A stretch of 64,000 nucleotides of DNA, taken from NCBI GenBank assembly GCA_963735455.1, contig CAVTKZ010000004.1, positions 371,238-435,237 of the forward strand, read 5' to 3'. The translations under genes and the position numbers were made by a program. Source of the DNA: an uncultured Chloroflexia bacterium. Lineage in GTDB: Bacteria; Chloroflexota; Limnocylindria; Limnocylindrales; CSP1-4. Positions 51,185-61,124 of this stretch are shown here, in pieces. Position 1 is the stretch's first letter. The number at the start of each line of letters is the position of its first letter. Under the pieces are notes generated by a model. The model saw nothing but the letters and a program-made list of their open reading frames with translations, was not told where the DNA came from and did not search any database.

Positions 51185-51207
51185 CCGCCTTCCCCAGGCT
51201 GGGGCCG

Positions 51208-52581
51208 ATGACCACGATGACCAGTAGCCGGCGCGCCGTCCCGCTGCCGCGGGGCTGGACCCTGCGCACCCGCGAGATCGTGGCCGTCCTGATCGGCAAC
51301 GGCCTGCTGATCGGGGCGATGTGGCTGCGTCACGGTGGGCTGGACCTGCTCGACTCGCCCAGTGGCTGGTTCATTGCCGGGGGCGAGCTGACCGCCCTGC
51401 TGGGCGGCTACCTGGCCCTGATCCAGCTCGTCCTGATGTCGCGCAGCCCGTGGCTCGAGCAGGTCGTGGGCCAGGACGCCCTGACCGCCGCCCATCGCTG
51501 GGTCGGCTTCACCTGTGTCTGGCTGATCGTCGGCCACGTCGTCCTGACCACGCTCGGCTTCGCCCTGGCCGATGGCTCGAACGTGATCGTCGAGCTGTGG
51601 ACCCTCCTGACGACCTACCAGTTCATGCTGATGGCCGGTGCCTCGCTGGTCCTGTTCGTGGTCGTCGCGGTCAGCTCGGTCCGACTCGCCCGGCGGCACC
51701 TGTCGTACGAGACCTGGCACGGGATCCATCTCTACGCCTACCTGGCGATCGCCCTGGGCCTCGGCCACCAGCTGGTGACCGGCACCGACTTCGCTCACGA
51801 CCCGATCGCCTGGGCCTACTGGCTGGCCCTGTACCTGGTTGCGGGCTCGGCGATCCTCGTCTTCCGCTTCATCCAGCCGCTGGCCCAGTCCCTGCGCCAC
51901 CGCTTCCGGGTGGTCAACGTCGAGCGCGAGGGGCCGGGCGTGATCTCGATCTACCTCGGCGGGCGCGACCTGGATCGCTTCGCGATCCGGGCGGGCCAGT
52001 TCGTGATCGTCCGCTTCCTGCGCCGGGATGGCTGGTGGCGGGGTCATCCCTTCTCGATCTCGGCCGCGCCCAATGGGCGTTGGATCCGGCTGACCGTCAA
52101 GGACCTGGGCGATGACACGACCTCGATGGCCGCCCTGCCGGTCGGGACCCGGGTCTACCTCGAAGGCCCGTACGGCTTGCTGACCGGCGCCCGGCGCAAG
52201 CACCGCCGGGTCCTGCTGATCGCCGGCGGGATCGGGATCGCCCCGCTCCGGGCGCTGTTCGAGGAGCTGCCTGCCGATCCGGGCGACCTGACCCTGCTGT
52301 ACCGGGCGAGCCGGCCCAGGGACATCGTCTTCCGCGAGGAGCTCGACCACCTGGCTCGCGCCCGGGGCGCGATCGTCCATTACCTGATCGGCGCGCGGGG
52401 CTCCCGGGCGATGCCCGCCGACCCGCTCGCTCCGCCCGCGCTACGCAAGCTGGTGCCCGACGTCCGCGAGCGGGAGGTCTACCTGTGCGGGCCCACGGCG
52501 ATGATGGAGGCGGTCCGCGATGGCCTCCAGGCCCTGGGCATCCCGCGACGCCAGATCCACTTCGAACGCTTCGAGTTCTGA
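51208..52581 (+). CDS. ferric-reductase-like transmembrane protein fused to an FAD/NAD(P)-binding ferredoxin-reductase-type domain (NOX-like)
   Basis: Six TM helices with conserved His pairs. 'GQFVIVRF..HPFSIS' FAD-binding and 'LLIAGGIGIAP' NAD-binding motifs. Confidence 0.8.
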   Translation: MTTMTSSRRAVPLPRGWTLRTREIVAVLIGNGLLIGAMWLRHGGLDLLDSPSGWFIAGGELTALLGGYLALIQLVLMSRSPWLEQVVGQDALTAAHRWVGFTCVWLIVGHVVLTTLGFALADGSNVIVELWTLLTTYQFMLMAGASLVLFVVVAVSSVRLARRHLSYETWHGIHLYAYLAIALGLGHQLVTGTDFAHDPIAWAYWLALYLVAGSAILVFRFIQPLAQSLRHRFRVVNVEREGPGVISIYLGGRDLDRFAIRAGQFVIVRFLRRDGWWRGHPFSISAAPNGRWIRLTVKDLGDDTTSMAALPVGTRVYLEGPYGLLTGARRKHRRVLLIAGGIGIAPLRALFEELPADPGDLTLLYRASRPRDIVFREELDHLARARGAIVHYLIGARGSRAMPADPLAPPALRKLVPDVREREVYLCGPTAMMEAVRDGLQALGIPRRQIHFERFEF

Positions 52582-52589
52582 GGCCGACC

Positions 52590-53111
52590 ATGCCCAAACG
52601 TGCCGTTGCCGCCATCGTCATCACGGCGATCGCCCTCGCCCTGCTGTTCAGCTTCAAGACGCCCGCGGAGAACGGCTCGGCTCTCGGCGCCCCGGCCCTG
52701 GCCTCCCTGGCACCGCAGGCCTCGACTGATCCGGGCTCACTCGGCGGCACGTCGGTCGGCGACAGCCCCGCCCCGGTCGCGATCGGCTCGAGCGCCCCCG
52801 GAGCGACGCCGGCGCCGACCACGGCCGCGACCAAGGGCAATGGCACGTTCACCGGGTCGGCCGTCGAGAATCCGTTCGGCGAGGTGCAGGTCCAGATCAC
52901 CCTGACCGGCGGCAAGATCACCGCCGTGACGGCCCTCCAGATGCCCAGCCACGGCCGATCGGGCTTCATCTCCCAGGACGTCGCCCCGATCCTGCAGGGC
53001 GAGGCCCTGGCGGCGCAGAACGCGAAGATCGACACGGTCTCGGGTGCCACCTACACCAGCGATGCCTATGCCCAGTCGCTCCAGAGCGCGCTCGACCAGG
53101 CCCATGGTTGA
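52590..53111 (+). CDS. extracytoplasmic FMN-binding domain protein
   Basis: N-terminal signal/anchor. The C-terminal FMN_bind domain carries the flavinylation motif 'DTVSGATYTS'. Confidence 0.75.
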   Translation: MPKRAVAAIVITAIALALLFSFKTPAENGSALGAPALASLAPQASTDPGSLGGTSVGDSPAPVAIGSSAPGATPAPTTAATKGNGTFTGSAVENPFGEVQVQITLTGGKITAVTALQMPSHGRSGFISQDVAPILQGEALAAQNAKIDTVSGATYTSDAYAQSLQSALDQAHG

Positions 53112-53922
53112 GGCCCCCGCCCGGCGCCGGCCGACGATCGTGGCCACGATGGGCACGGTGATCGGGCTCGACCTGCGCGATCCGGATCTGCCCCAGGCCG
53201 CGGTCGACGACGCCCTGGCCTGGTTGACCGATGTCGATGCGCGCTTCAGCCCGTACCGTCCGGGCAGCCAGGTCAGCCGCCTGGCCCGGGCCGAGATCGA
53301 GCTCGAGGACTGCCCGCCGGACGTCCGTTTCGTGCTCACTCGCTGCGAGGCCCTGCGCTTGGAGAGCGACGGCTACTTCGACGTTCGCGGGCCGGGTCTG
53401 CTGGGTGGCCTCGATCCGTCGGGCTACGTCAAGGGCTGGGCCGTCGAGGAGGCCGCCTTCATCCTGGAGGCGGCCGGTGCCCGCAACTACGCCCTGAACG
53501 CCGGCGGCGACGTGATCCTGCGTGGCGTGCCCGAGGCCGGCCGGCCCTGGATCGTGGGCATCCGCCATCCGCTCGAGGCCGACCAGGTCGCGGCCCGGCT
53601 GGCCTTCGGGTCCCAGCCGACGGGCGGCCGGCAGGCCCTGGCCACCTCCGGCCTGTACGAACGCGCCGGGCACATCGTCAACCCCCGCACGGGGAAGGTC
53701 CCGGACGAGCTCCTGAGCATGACCGTCGTCGGTCCGAGCCTGGCCCTGGCCGATGCCTACGCAACGGCGGCCTTCGCGATGGGCCGGGCCGGGCTGGGCT
53801 GGTTGGCGAGCCGCCCGGGCTACGCTGGCTACGCCATCGATCGTGACCTGCGACCCAGCTGGAACGCCGGCCTTGAGCCATTCCTGGCGGCGGCTGGGGG
53901 CGAGCCTGGACCTGCCGGCTGA
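53104..53922 (+). CDS. apbE: FAD:protein FMN transferase (ApbE family)
   Basis: 'TMGT', 'DPSGYVKGWA', 'NAGGDV', 'ATSG', 'HIVNPRTG' and 'LADAYATA' ApbE motifs. 8-bp overlap with the upstream gene. Confidence 0.85.
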   Translation: MVEAPARRRPTIVATMGTVIGLDLRDPDLPQAAVDDALAWLTDVDARFSPYRPGSQVSRLARAEIELEDCPPDVRFVLTRCEALRLESDGYFDVRGPGLLGGLDPSGYVKGWAVEEAAFILEAAGARNYALNAGGDVILRGVPEAGRPWIVGIRHPLEADQVAARLAFGSQPTGGRQALATSGLYERAGHIVNPRTGKVPDELLSMTVVGPSLALADAYATAAFAMGRAGLGWLASRPGYAGYAIDRDLRPSWNAGLEPFLAAAGGEPGPAG

Positions 53923-53925
53923 GCC

Positions 53926-54459
53926 TCAGGCGTGGTGCTTGTAGCGCCGCCGCCGGGCCCGGATCCGGACGCCGTTGCCGTCGGTGGGCACGATGCTGAC
54001 CGAGCCGTCCGCTTCGAGGACAGCCAGCTTCATCTCCTTGATCGAGTCGAGCCCGTGCTCGCGCAGCGCCGCGCCCAGGTCGTCCGGGTCGAGGCCCTGG
54101 GAATCGAGCGCCTCCGTCAGCCAGGCACCGTCCTTGCCGATCACGGTCGGCTCGAACTCGAGCAGGCGGCGGACGAGCGGGACCCGCCGCCGGAGCTGGG
54201 CCACCACGCCGTTCAGGAAGAAGATCGTGACGATGATGATCGCCGCCCCGGGGATCGACTGGTCGGGGCCGGTCATCGCCGGCTGGAGGGCGTTCGCGGC
54301 GAGCAGGACGAGGGCCAGGTCGAACAGGGTGAACTGGCCAACCTCGCGCTTCCCGAAGATCCGCAGGGCGGCCAGGAAGATCAGGTAGACGATCGCGGTC
54401 CGGGCGACGATCTCGAGAGGCGGGAGGCCGAGCTGCCACATCGCCGGATCGTCGCACAT
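53926..54459 (-). CDS. DUF421 (YetF-like) membrane protein
   Basis: 'RTAIVYLIFLAALRIFGKREVGQFTLFDLALVLLAANA' DUF421 N-terminus. ATG at 54459 or 54441. The rest of ORF 53926..56691 is an antisense artefact. Confidence 0.7.
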   Translation of the reverse strand: MCDDPAMWQLGLPPLEIVARTAIVYLIFLAALRIFGKREVGQFTLFDLALVLLAANALQPAMTGPDQSIPGAAIIIVTIFFLNGVVAQLRRRVPLVRRLLEFEPTVIGKDGAWLTEALDSQGLDPDDLGAALREHGLDSIKEMKLAVLEADGSVSIVPTDGNGVRIRARRRRYKHHA

Positions 54460-54480
54460 CCCGGCCTGTACCCTGCGCCC

Positions 54481-55875
54481 ATGTTGATGCCGTTGCCCCG
54501 GTCCGAGGCTGCCCGCCCGCCGACCGTCGAGCGGCGCCGAGTGCGCGAGCTCAAGGACCGCGAGGACGCCCGGTTCGCCGCTGAGCATCCCCGCTCCCTG
54601 GCCCTCCTCGAGCGCGGCCGACGGGTGATGCCCAACGGGGTGCCGATGGCCTGGCACGTGAGCAGCTACCACCACCCGCCGATGTGGGCGGTCGAAGGCC
54701 GTGGCGCCCGCTTCACCGACGTCGACGGCCACACCTACAGCGACTTCAACATCGCCGACCTGTCGATGTTCTGCGGCTACGCCCCGGAGCCGCTCGTGCG
54801 GGTGGTCACCGCCCGGATCGCGAGCGGCCACCAGTTCCTGCTGCCGGTCGAGGATGCGATCGTCGTATCCGAGGAGCTCGGCCGGCGCTTCGGACTGCCG
54901 AAGTGGCAGTACACCCTGTCCGCCAGCCAGGCCAACACCGAGGCGATCCGGGTGGCCCGGGTGGCGACCGGCCGGGACAAGGTCCTGATGTTCGAGGGCA
55001 AGTACCTCGGCCACCTGGCCGAGGCGCTGGTCGAGATCGATCCGGATGGCCGGCTGGTGCCCGAAGAGCGCGGCGTGGCCGCCGACGTCGTGGCGGGCAC
55101 GGTCCTCGTTCCGCTCAACGACCTGGTGGCACTGGCCGCGGCCCTCGATCGGCGGGACATCGCCGTCGTCCTGGCCGAGCCGGCCTTGACCAACAACTTC
55201 GGGCTGATCCTGCCCGACCCGGGCTTCCACGCCGAGCTGCGCCGGCTGACCCGCGAGGCGGGCACGCTGCTGGCCATCGACGAGACCCACACCCAGGTGG
55301 TGGGGGCCGGCGGCCTGACCGCGGCCTGGGGCCTGGCCCCCGACCTGATCACCTGCGGCAAGTCGATCGCCGGCGGCGTCCCGTTCGGGGCGTGGGGGAT
55401 GACCGACGAGATCGCCGCTGTCCTGGCCCAGGCCAAGGGCGTCGACGGCGAGCGATCGAACCTGGTCGCGATCGGCGGCACCCTCTTCGGCAATGCCCTG
55501 TCGCTGGCCGCCGCCCGGGCCACGATGCTCGAGATCCTGACACCCGACGCCTATGCCAGCACCCAGCGCCTGGGCGGTCGCCTGGCCGACGGGATGCGGG
55601 CGGCCGTCGCCCGGGCCGGCCTGCCCTGGCACATCTACCGGCTTGGGCCGCGCGCGGGCTACACCTTCCAGCCCGAGCCGCTGCGCAACGCCGCCGAGGC
55701 GCGCGCCTGCCAGGACGACCTGCTTACCCGCCTGATCCGGATCTGGCTCGCCAACCGGGGCGTCTGGGAGGCGATCGTGGGCGCCGGTCCGGTGGCCTCG
55801 GTGCCCGCGACCGACGAGGACGTCGACGCCTACCTCCTCGCCTGGGGCGAGCTCCTCGACGCCCTGACCGCCTGA
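54481..55875 (+). CDS. class III aminotransferase (glutamate-1-semialdehyde aminomutase-like)
   Basis: ATG at 54481 lies 6 nt after TACCCT. 'LSASQANTEAIRVAR', 'DETHT' and 'CGKSIAGGVPFGA' (PLP Lys). Confidence 0.8.
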   Translation: MLMPLPRSEAARPPTVERRRVRELKDREDARFAAEHPRSLALLERGRRVMPNGVPMAWHVSSYHHPPMWAVEGRGARFTDVDGHTYSDFNIADLSMFCGYAPEPLVRVVTARIASGHQFLLPVEDAIVVSEELGRRFGLPKWQYTLSASQANTEAIRVARVATGRDKVLMFEGKYLGHLAEALVEIDPDGRLVPEERGVAADVVAGTVLVPLNDLVALAAALDRRDIAVVLAEPALTNNFGLILPDPGFHAELRRLTREAGTLLAIDETHTQVVGAGGLTAAWGLAPDLITCGKSIAGGVPFGAWGMTDEIAAVLAQAKGVDGERSNLVAIGGTLFGNALSLAAARATMLEILTPDAYASTQRLGGRLADGMRAAVARAGLPWHIYRLGPRAGYTFQPEPLRNAAEARACQDDLLTRLIRIWLANRGVWEAIVGAGPVASVPATDEDVDAYLLAWGELLDALTA

Positions 55876-55878
55876 ACC

Positions 55879-56865
55879 TTGGAAGGAGGCAGCGCCCTGC
55901 CTGCGAAGCTCCCGCATTCGTTCCGGATCGAGCCCCGCGGGCCGTTCTCGTGGCCGCTGGCCCTCGACGTCCTGGGCCACTTCGGGCCAACCGGCCGTCA
56001 TGTGCCGGGGGATGGGCCAGCCGTCGCGGCAGGATCGATCCTGAGGCTCGCGTTCCCGCTCGACGGCACCTTCGAGCCGGTGGCCGTCGCGCTCCGCTTC
56101 GAGGCAGGGGCGCTCCACGGCGAGGTCGCCGGAACGGAGCGCATCGAAGCCGTGGCCGCGCAGGTCGCCCGAATCTTCTCGCTCGACGTCGACGGCTCGG
56201 GCTATCCAGACCTTGCCCGGCGCGATCCTGCCCTGGGCCGGGTGATGGCGGCGCTGCCCGGGCTGCGGCCGGTCTGCTTCACCTCGCCCTACGAGACGGC
56301 GGCCTGGGCGATCCTGAGCGCACGGATCTCGATGGCCCAGGCGGCCCGGGTCCAGGACCGCCTGATCCACGAGCTCGGGACGCGGCTGCGATTGGCCGGC
56401 GAGGACGCCTGGAGCTTCCCGAGACCCGAGCGCCTCCTGGAGCTGGGCGAGCTGCCCGGTGCGGCGCCGGAGAAGGTCGTCCGGCTCCATGGCGTCGCCC
56501 GGGCGGCGCTGGAGGGGATCCTCGATGCCGAGCGGCTCCGGGAGCTGGGCGACGAAGCCGGACCGGCTTCGCTGCTCGGAATCCGGGGGATCGGGCCGTT
56601 CTGGTCGTCGGGGATCTACCTGCGCGGCTGCGGGATCACCGACGTCTTTCCCGACGAGCCGCTGTCGATCGCGGCGCTCGGCCAGCTCCATGGGCTGGGA
56701 GATCGGCCCGAGCAGGGCGACGTCGCTCGGCTCACGGCGGCCTACGCGCCGTACCGGATGTGGGCCTGCTTCCTGTTACGAGTCGCGGCGGGGCGGGGGA
56801 TCCCCGGCCTGGCCGGCCGGGAGATGGCGATCCGCCGGGGGGCCCGGGGCACGGGCCGGGACTAG
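55879..56865 (+). CDS. HhH-GPD superfamily DNA glycosylase (AlkA-like)
   Basis: '[15 protein letters not shown]' and '[21 protein letters not shown]' form a helix-hairpin-helix/GPD region. The TTG start is uncertain. Confidence 0.6.
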   Translation: MEGGSALPAKLPHSFRIEPRGPFSWPLALDVLGHFGPTGRHVPGDGPAVAAGSILRLAFPLDGTFEPVAVALRFEAGALHGEVAGTERIEAVAAQVARIFSLDVDGSGYPDLARRDPALGRVMAALPGLRPVCFTSPYETAAWAILSARISMAQAARVQDRLIHELGTRLRLAGEDAWSFPRPERLLELGELPGAAPEKVVRLHGVARAALEGILDAERLRELGDEAGPASLLGIRGIGPFWSSGIYLRGCGITDVFPDEPLSIAALGQLHGLGDRPEQGDVARLTAAYAPYRMWACFLLRVAAGRGIPGLAGREMAIRRGARGTGRD

Positions 56866-58235
56866 CCCACCTTGGGCAGGGCCGCCAGGGCCGCCTCGTC
56901 GGGGACGTATTCGTAGTCGGCCAGCGAACCGTCGAGGAACTGCTGGTAGGCGGCCAGGTCGAAATGGCCATGGCCGGACAGGTTGAACAGGATCACCTTC
57001 TTCTGGCCCGATGCCTTGGCGGCGAGGGCCTCGTCGATTGCCACCCGAATTGCGTGGGCTGACTCGGGTGCGGGCAGGATCCCCTCGGCCCGGGCAAAGG
57101 CGACGCCGGCGGCAAAGGCCTTGCCCTGGTGGACAGCCTGGGCCTCGATGTCGCCGTGATCCTTGAGCAGGCTGACCAGGGGAGCCATCCCGTGGTAGCG
57201 CAGGCCGCCGGCATGGATCGGCTCGGGAATGAAGTCCGAGCCGAGGGTGAACATCTTGACGATCGGGGCCATCTTGCCCGTGTCGCCGAAATCGAACGCA
57301 TACACGCCGCGGGTGAGCGATGGCGCCGCCTCGGGCTCGACCGCGATCACCCGGTACTTCTTGCCGCCGCGGAAGGTCAGGCCCAGGAACGGGAACGTGA
57401 GTCCCGCGAAGTTCGAGCCACCGCCCGCGCAGCCGATGATGATGTCCGGCTCCTCGCCGGCCATCTCCATCTGCTTGATCGCCTCCAGTCCGACGACGCT
57501 CTGGTGGAGCAGGACGTGGTTGAGGACCGAGCCCAGGCTGTACTTCGTGTCGTCCCGGGTAGCGGCGTCTTCGACCGCCTCGCTGATCGCCATGCCCAGC
57601 GAGCCGGTGCTGTGGGGGTGCTCGGCCAGGACCCCCCGGCCGTAGTGCGTGTCGGGGCTGGGGCTGGGCACGACCGACGCGCCGTAGGTCTCCATCAGGA
57701 TCCGCCGGTAGGGCTTCTGGTCGTAGCTGGCGCGGACCATGTAGACCTTGATCTCGAGGTCGAAGAGGGCCCCCGCGAAGGCCAGTGCGCTGCCCCACTG
57801 GCCGGCACCGGTCTCGGTCGCGATCCGCTTGGTGCCTTCCTGCTTGTTGTAGAAGGCCTGGGCGATCGCGGTGTTCGGCTTGTGGCTGCCGGCCGGGCTG
57901 CCACCCTCGTACTTGTAGTAGATGTGGGCCGGCGTGTCGAGGACCTTCTCCAGGCGGTGAGCCCGGAAGAGCGGGCTGGGCCGGTACAGCCGGTACGCAT
58001 CGCGAACCGGCTCGGGGATCTCGATCTCCCGCTCGGTGCTGACCTCCTGGCCGATCAGGGCCATCGGGAAGAGCGGGGCCAGGTCGGCCGGGCCGATCGG
58101 CTGGCCGGTGCCGGGGTGGAGGACCGGCGCCGGCGGGATCGGCAGGTCCGCCGCGATGTTGTACCAGGCCTTTGGGATCTGGCTCTCCGGGAGCAGGAAT
58201 TTGGTGGTTCGGTTGTCGGCGGGCGCGTCGCTCAT
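56862..58235 (-). CDS. TrpB-like PLP-dependent enzyme (tryptophan synthase beta, TrpB2 type)
   Basis: '[17 protein letters not shown]' (PLP Lys) and '[11 protein letters not shown]', with the long TrpB2-type N-terminus. Confidence 0.9.
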   Translation of the reverse strand: MSDAPADNRTTKFLLPESQIPKAWYNIAADLPIPPAPVLHPGTGQPIGPADLAPLFPMALIGQEVSTEREIEIPEPVRDAYRLYRPSPLFRAHRLEKVLDTPAHIYYKYEGGSPAGSHKPNTAIAQAFYNKQEGTKRIATETGAGQWGSALAFAGALFDLEIKVYMVRASYDQKPYRRILMETYGASVVPSPSPDTHYGRGVLAEHPHSTGSLGMAISEAVEDAATRDDTKYSLGSVLNHVLLHQSVVGLEAIKQMEMAGEEPDIIIGCAGGGSNFAGLTFPFLGLTFRGGKKYRVIAVEPEAAPSLTRGVYAFDFGDTGKMAPIVKMFTLGSDFIPEPIHAGGLRYHGMAPLVSLLKDHGDIEAQAVHQGKAFAAGVAFARAEGILPAPESAHAIRVAIDEALAAKASGQKKVILFNLSGHGHFDLAAYQQFLDGSLADYEYVPDEAALAALPKVG

Positions 58236-58270
58236 CTCGTCGTGCTCTCCACTCTGTGCTCAGCCTGGGC

Positions 58271-59203
58271 TCAACCGACGGCGGCAATCCTCGGGATCGT
58301 CGATCCCGCCAGGCGCTCTTCAAAGCGCCGGGCCGTCGCCTCCAACTTGTCGAGATGCTCCGCCAGTCGGCGGCGGGCCTCCTCTGCCGCTTCGCTCAGG
58401 TTCGTCAGGTCGAAGATCCGCCAATGGCGGAGGATCGGCATCAGGACCTCGTCGCGGTGGACCCGGACATCGTAAATCCCCGCCCGGGCCATTTGGGCCG
58501 CCTTGCGCACAAATTGGGGAATACCGGCGCCGGGCATCCGGAACGAGAGGACCTCGTCAACGATCGCGCAGACCGCGGCCGAGGGCTCCAGGACCAGGGC
58601 GGCCGACATGATGTCGCGGTAGAAGACCATGTGCAGGTTCTCGTCGGCCGCGATCCGGATCATGATCCGGTCGGCCACCGGGTCGTCCGAGTAGCGTCCG
58701 GTGTTGCGGTGCGAGATCCGGGTGGCCAGCTCCTGGAAGGCCACGTAGGCCAGGCCGTGGAGGGTGTCCGGCGAGGCCAGGTCGTAGCCCTTCTCGAGCT
58801 GGGTCATCCGGCCGCGCTCGAGCAGGATCGGGTCGATGTTGCGGGTCACCATCAGGTAGTCGCGCAGGACGATCGCGTGACGACCCTCCTCGGCGGTCCA
58901 GCGGCCGACCCAGTTGATCCAGGCGCCATCGCCGTTGCCGAACATGCCGTGGATCAGGCGGTGGTACGAGGGCAGGTTGTCCTCGGTCAGCAGGTTGATC
59001 TCGAAGGCCGTCTGGGCCACGCCGGTCAGGCGCGGCTGGTCCGGCGTCCAGGGCTCCTTGTCGAAGTCCCGGCCGAGCCGGTAGGGAATGAAGTCGTGAG
59101 GGAACCACTCCTGCGCAACCTTGAGATGGCGGTCATACAGGCGCCCCGCCTCGGGCTCGAGCTCGATCAGCAGACCGCGCTCGTTGTAGTCATCGGGGGA
59201 CAT
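58271..59203 (-). CDS. acyl-ACP desaturase (soluble di-iron, DesA-like)
   Basis: 'TAEEGRHA' and 'DENLHMVFYRD' di-iron EXXH motifs. ATG at 59203. Confidence 0.85.
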   Translation of the reverse strand: MSPDDYNERGLLIELEPEAGRLYDRHLKVAQEWFPHDFIPYRLGRDFDKEPWTPDQPRLTGVAQTAFEINLLTEDNLPSYHRLIHGMFGNGDGAWINWVGRWTAEEGRHAIVLRDYLMVTRNIDPILLERGRMTQLEKGYDLASPDTLHGLAYVAFQELATRISHRNTGRYSDDPVADRIMIRIAADENLHMVFYRDIMSAALVLEPSAAVCAIVDEVLSFRMPGAGIPQFVRKAAQMARAGIYDVRVHRDEVLMPILRHWRIFDLTNLSEAAEEARRRLAEHLDKLEATARRFEERLAGSTIPRIAAVG

Positions 59204-59363
59204 CAGGTCACCGATCCGGGCGGGACGGGAGGCAGGCGAAGGCCGCGAGCCGAACGATCCGCCCAGCAAGGGTAGTCGTCCGCGAGGGTTCGTCCCCGGA
59301 ACGGATGCGGACCTGCATCGACCACGAACAGGCGCGATTGCGATCGGAGATCATCAACGGGCG

Positions 59364-60395
59364 ATGAAACCCTGGTCGATCCCGTTCCGAGGGCGTCTCG
59401 AGGAGCACGTCTTCGAAAGCACGGTCCTCCGCGGGAATCCACTCGGCGACCCGAGCGACCGGCCGCTGTGGGTCTACCTGCCGCCGGCCTACGACGCCGA
59501 GCCGGAGCGCCGCTTCCCGTCGATCTACCTGATCCAGGGGATGACCGGCCAGCTCGACATGTGGCGCAATCGATCGGCCTTTCGACCGACCGTCCTGGAG
59601 CTGATCGACGAGCTGTTCGGGGGTCAGGGGGCCGCGTCGCCGGCGATCATCGTGTTCGTCGACTGCTGGACCTCATACGGCGGCAGCCAGTTCATCGATT
59701 CGCCCGGCACCGGCCGCTACGGGACGTACCTCGCCGACGAGGTGATCGACTGGGTCGATGCCCGCTACCGGACCCTGGCCGAGCCGGCCCATCGCGGGAT
59801 CAGCGGCAAGTCGAGCGGCGGCTACGGGGCCATGATCAACGCCCTCCACCGCCCCGATCGCTTCGGGGGGCTGGCGACCCACGCCGGCGACGCCCTCTTC
59901 GAGGTCTGCTACCAGGCCGACTTCGCTCCGGCCGGGCGCGCCCTGCGCGACGACTTCGGCGGCTCGTTCGAGCGCTGGCTGGCCGACTTCCGGGGCCGGC
60001 CGGCCTTCTCCAGGGCGGCCGACGAGGTCCTGATCAACACGTACGCGATGGCCGCCTGCTATTCGGCCGATCCCGACGGGACCATCCGGCTGCCGTTCGA
60101 CCCGGCGACCGGCGAGCTGATCCCGGCGACCTGGGAGCGCTGGCTGGCCTGGGATCCGGTGCGGGTCGCCCGGACGGAGGCGGGCATCGCCGCCCTGCGC
60201 GGCTTGCGCGCGATCTACATCGACGCCGGTACCCGTGACGAGTACCACCTCGACCTGGGCGCCGCAGCGTTCCGCCAGGCCTGCCTGGCGGCGGGGTCGG
60301 TGACCCCCTTCTTCGAGCTGTTCGATGCCCGCCATGGCGGCATCGAGTACCGCTACCCGATCTCGCTGCGCTACCTCGCCGAGCGACTGGGCTAG
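59364..60395 (+). CDS. esterase family protein (alpha/beta hydrolase, esterase-D/enterochelin-esterase-like)
   Basis: 'PLWVYLPPAY..FPSIYLIQG' and the nucleophile elbow 'GISGKSSGGYGA'. Confidence 0.75.
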   Translation: MKPWSIPFRGRLEEHVFESTVLRGNPLGDPSDRPLWVYLPPAYDAEPERRFPSIYLIQGMTGQLDMWRNRSAFRPTVLELIDELFGGQGAASPAIIVFVDCWTSYGGSQFIDSPGTGRYGTYLADEVIDWVDARYRTLAEPAHRGISGKSSGGYGAMINALHRPDRFGGLATHAGDALFEVCYQADFAPAGRALRDDFGGSFERWLADFRGRPAFSRAADEVLINTYAMAACYSADPDGTIRLPFDPATGELIPATWERWLAWDPVRVARTEAGIAALRGLRAIYIDAGTRDEYHLDLGAAAFRQACLAAGSVTPFFELFDARHGGIEYRYPISLRYLAERLG

Positions 60396-60451
60396 CCTGG
60401 CCCCGGCCAACCGGCCGGGCAGCCGGCCCCCGGGCTCCGAAGTCGGCTCGG

Positions 60452-61009
60452 TCAGCCGCCGCGGGCGGCGGCCAGGAAGGCAGCGACCCGGTCGAGCACG
60501 TCGGGCAGGACGGGCTGCAGGCCATGGCCCAGCCGGGGGTAGGTGACCAGCTCGACCGTCGCCAGGCGGCCGATCGCGGCGCGGAGCAGATCGATCCGGG
60601 CGAACGGGTCGGACTCACCGGAGAGGAGCAGGACGGGGCAGTGGATCCCGGGCCAGTGTGCGCTCCGGGCGTCCCAGGTCTCGGGCGCCCCCGGACGGTG
60701 GAGCGGGTAGGAGAAGCAGACCAGGGCCTGGATCTCGGCCGGCCGCTCGGCGGCGACGAGGCTGGCGACCCGGCCGCCGAAGGACTGCCCGCCGAGGGCA
60801 AGGCTGGCCGGAGCGTGCCTCGCGCGGAGCTCCTCGGTCGCGGTCCAGAAGCCCGCCTGGGCATCCTCGGCCTTGCCCCGCCGGAGGTTGATCGCCTCGG
60901 CGGCCAGGCCGCGCGCCCGGAGCCCGCTGGTGTAGGGGGTCATCGCGGCGGCCGTCCCCGAGGCACCGTGGCCGAGGACGATCAGCCAGTCGGTCGGGGC
61001 GCGGCTCAT
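60452..61009 (-). CDS. alpha/beta hydrolase (KANL3/Tex30-like small dienelactone-hydrolase-type)
   Basis: 'LIVLGHGASG' and 'LGGQSFGGRVAS' nucleophile elbow. A CACACT hexamer lies 6 nt upstream of the ATG. Confidence 0.7.
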   Translation of the reverse strand: MSRAPTDWLIVLGHGASGTAAAMTPYTSGLRARGLAAEAINLRRGKAEDAQAGFWTATEELRARHAPASLALGGQSFGGRVASLVAAERPAEIQALVCFSYPLHRPGAPETWDARSAHWPGIHCPVLLLSGESDPFARIDLLRAAIGRLATVELVTYPRLGHGLQPVLPDVLDRVAAFLAAARGG

Positions 61010-61124
61010 CAGGGCAGTGTGCCACCCGGCGCGGACGGTCCGCCCCGGGTGGGTGCTGGTGGGTGGGCCTGCTGAGGCCCGGGGCGGACCGCTGGGCCGC
61101 TGCGCGTCGGCGGTGGCCGTCAGC

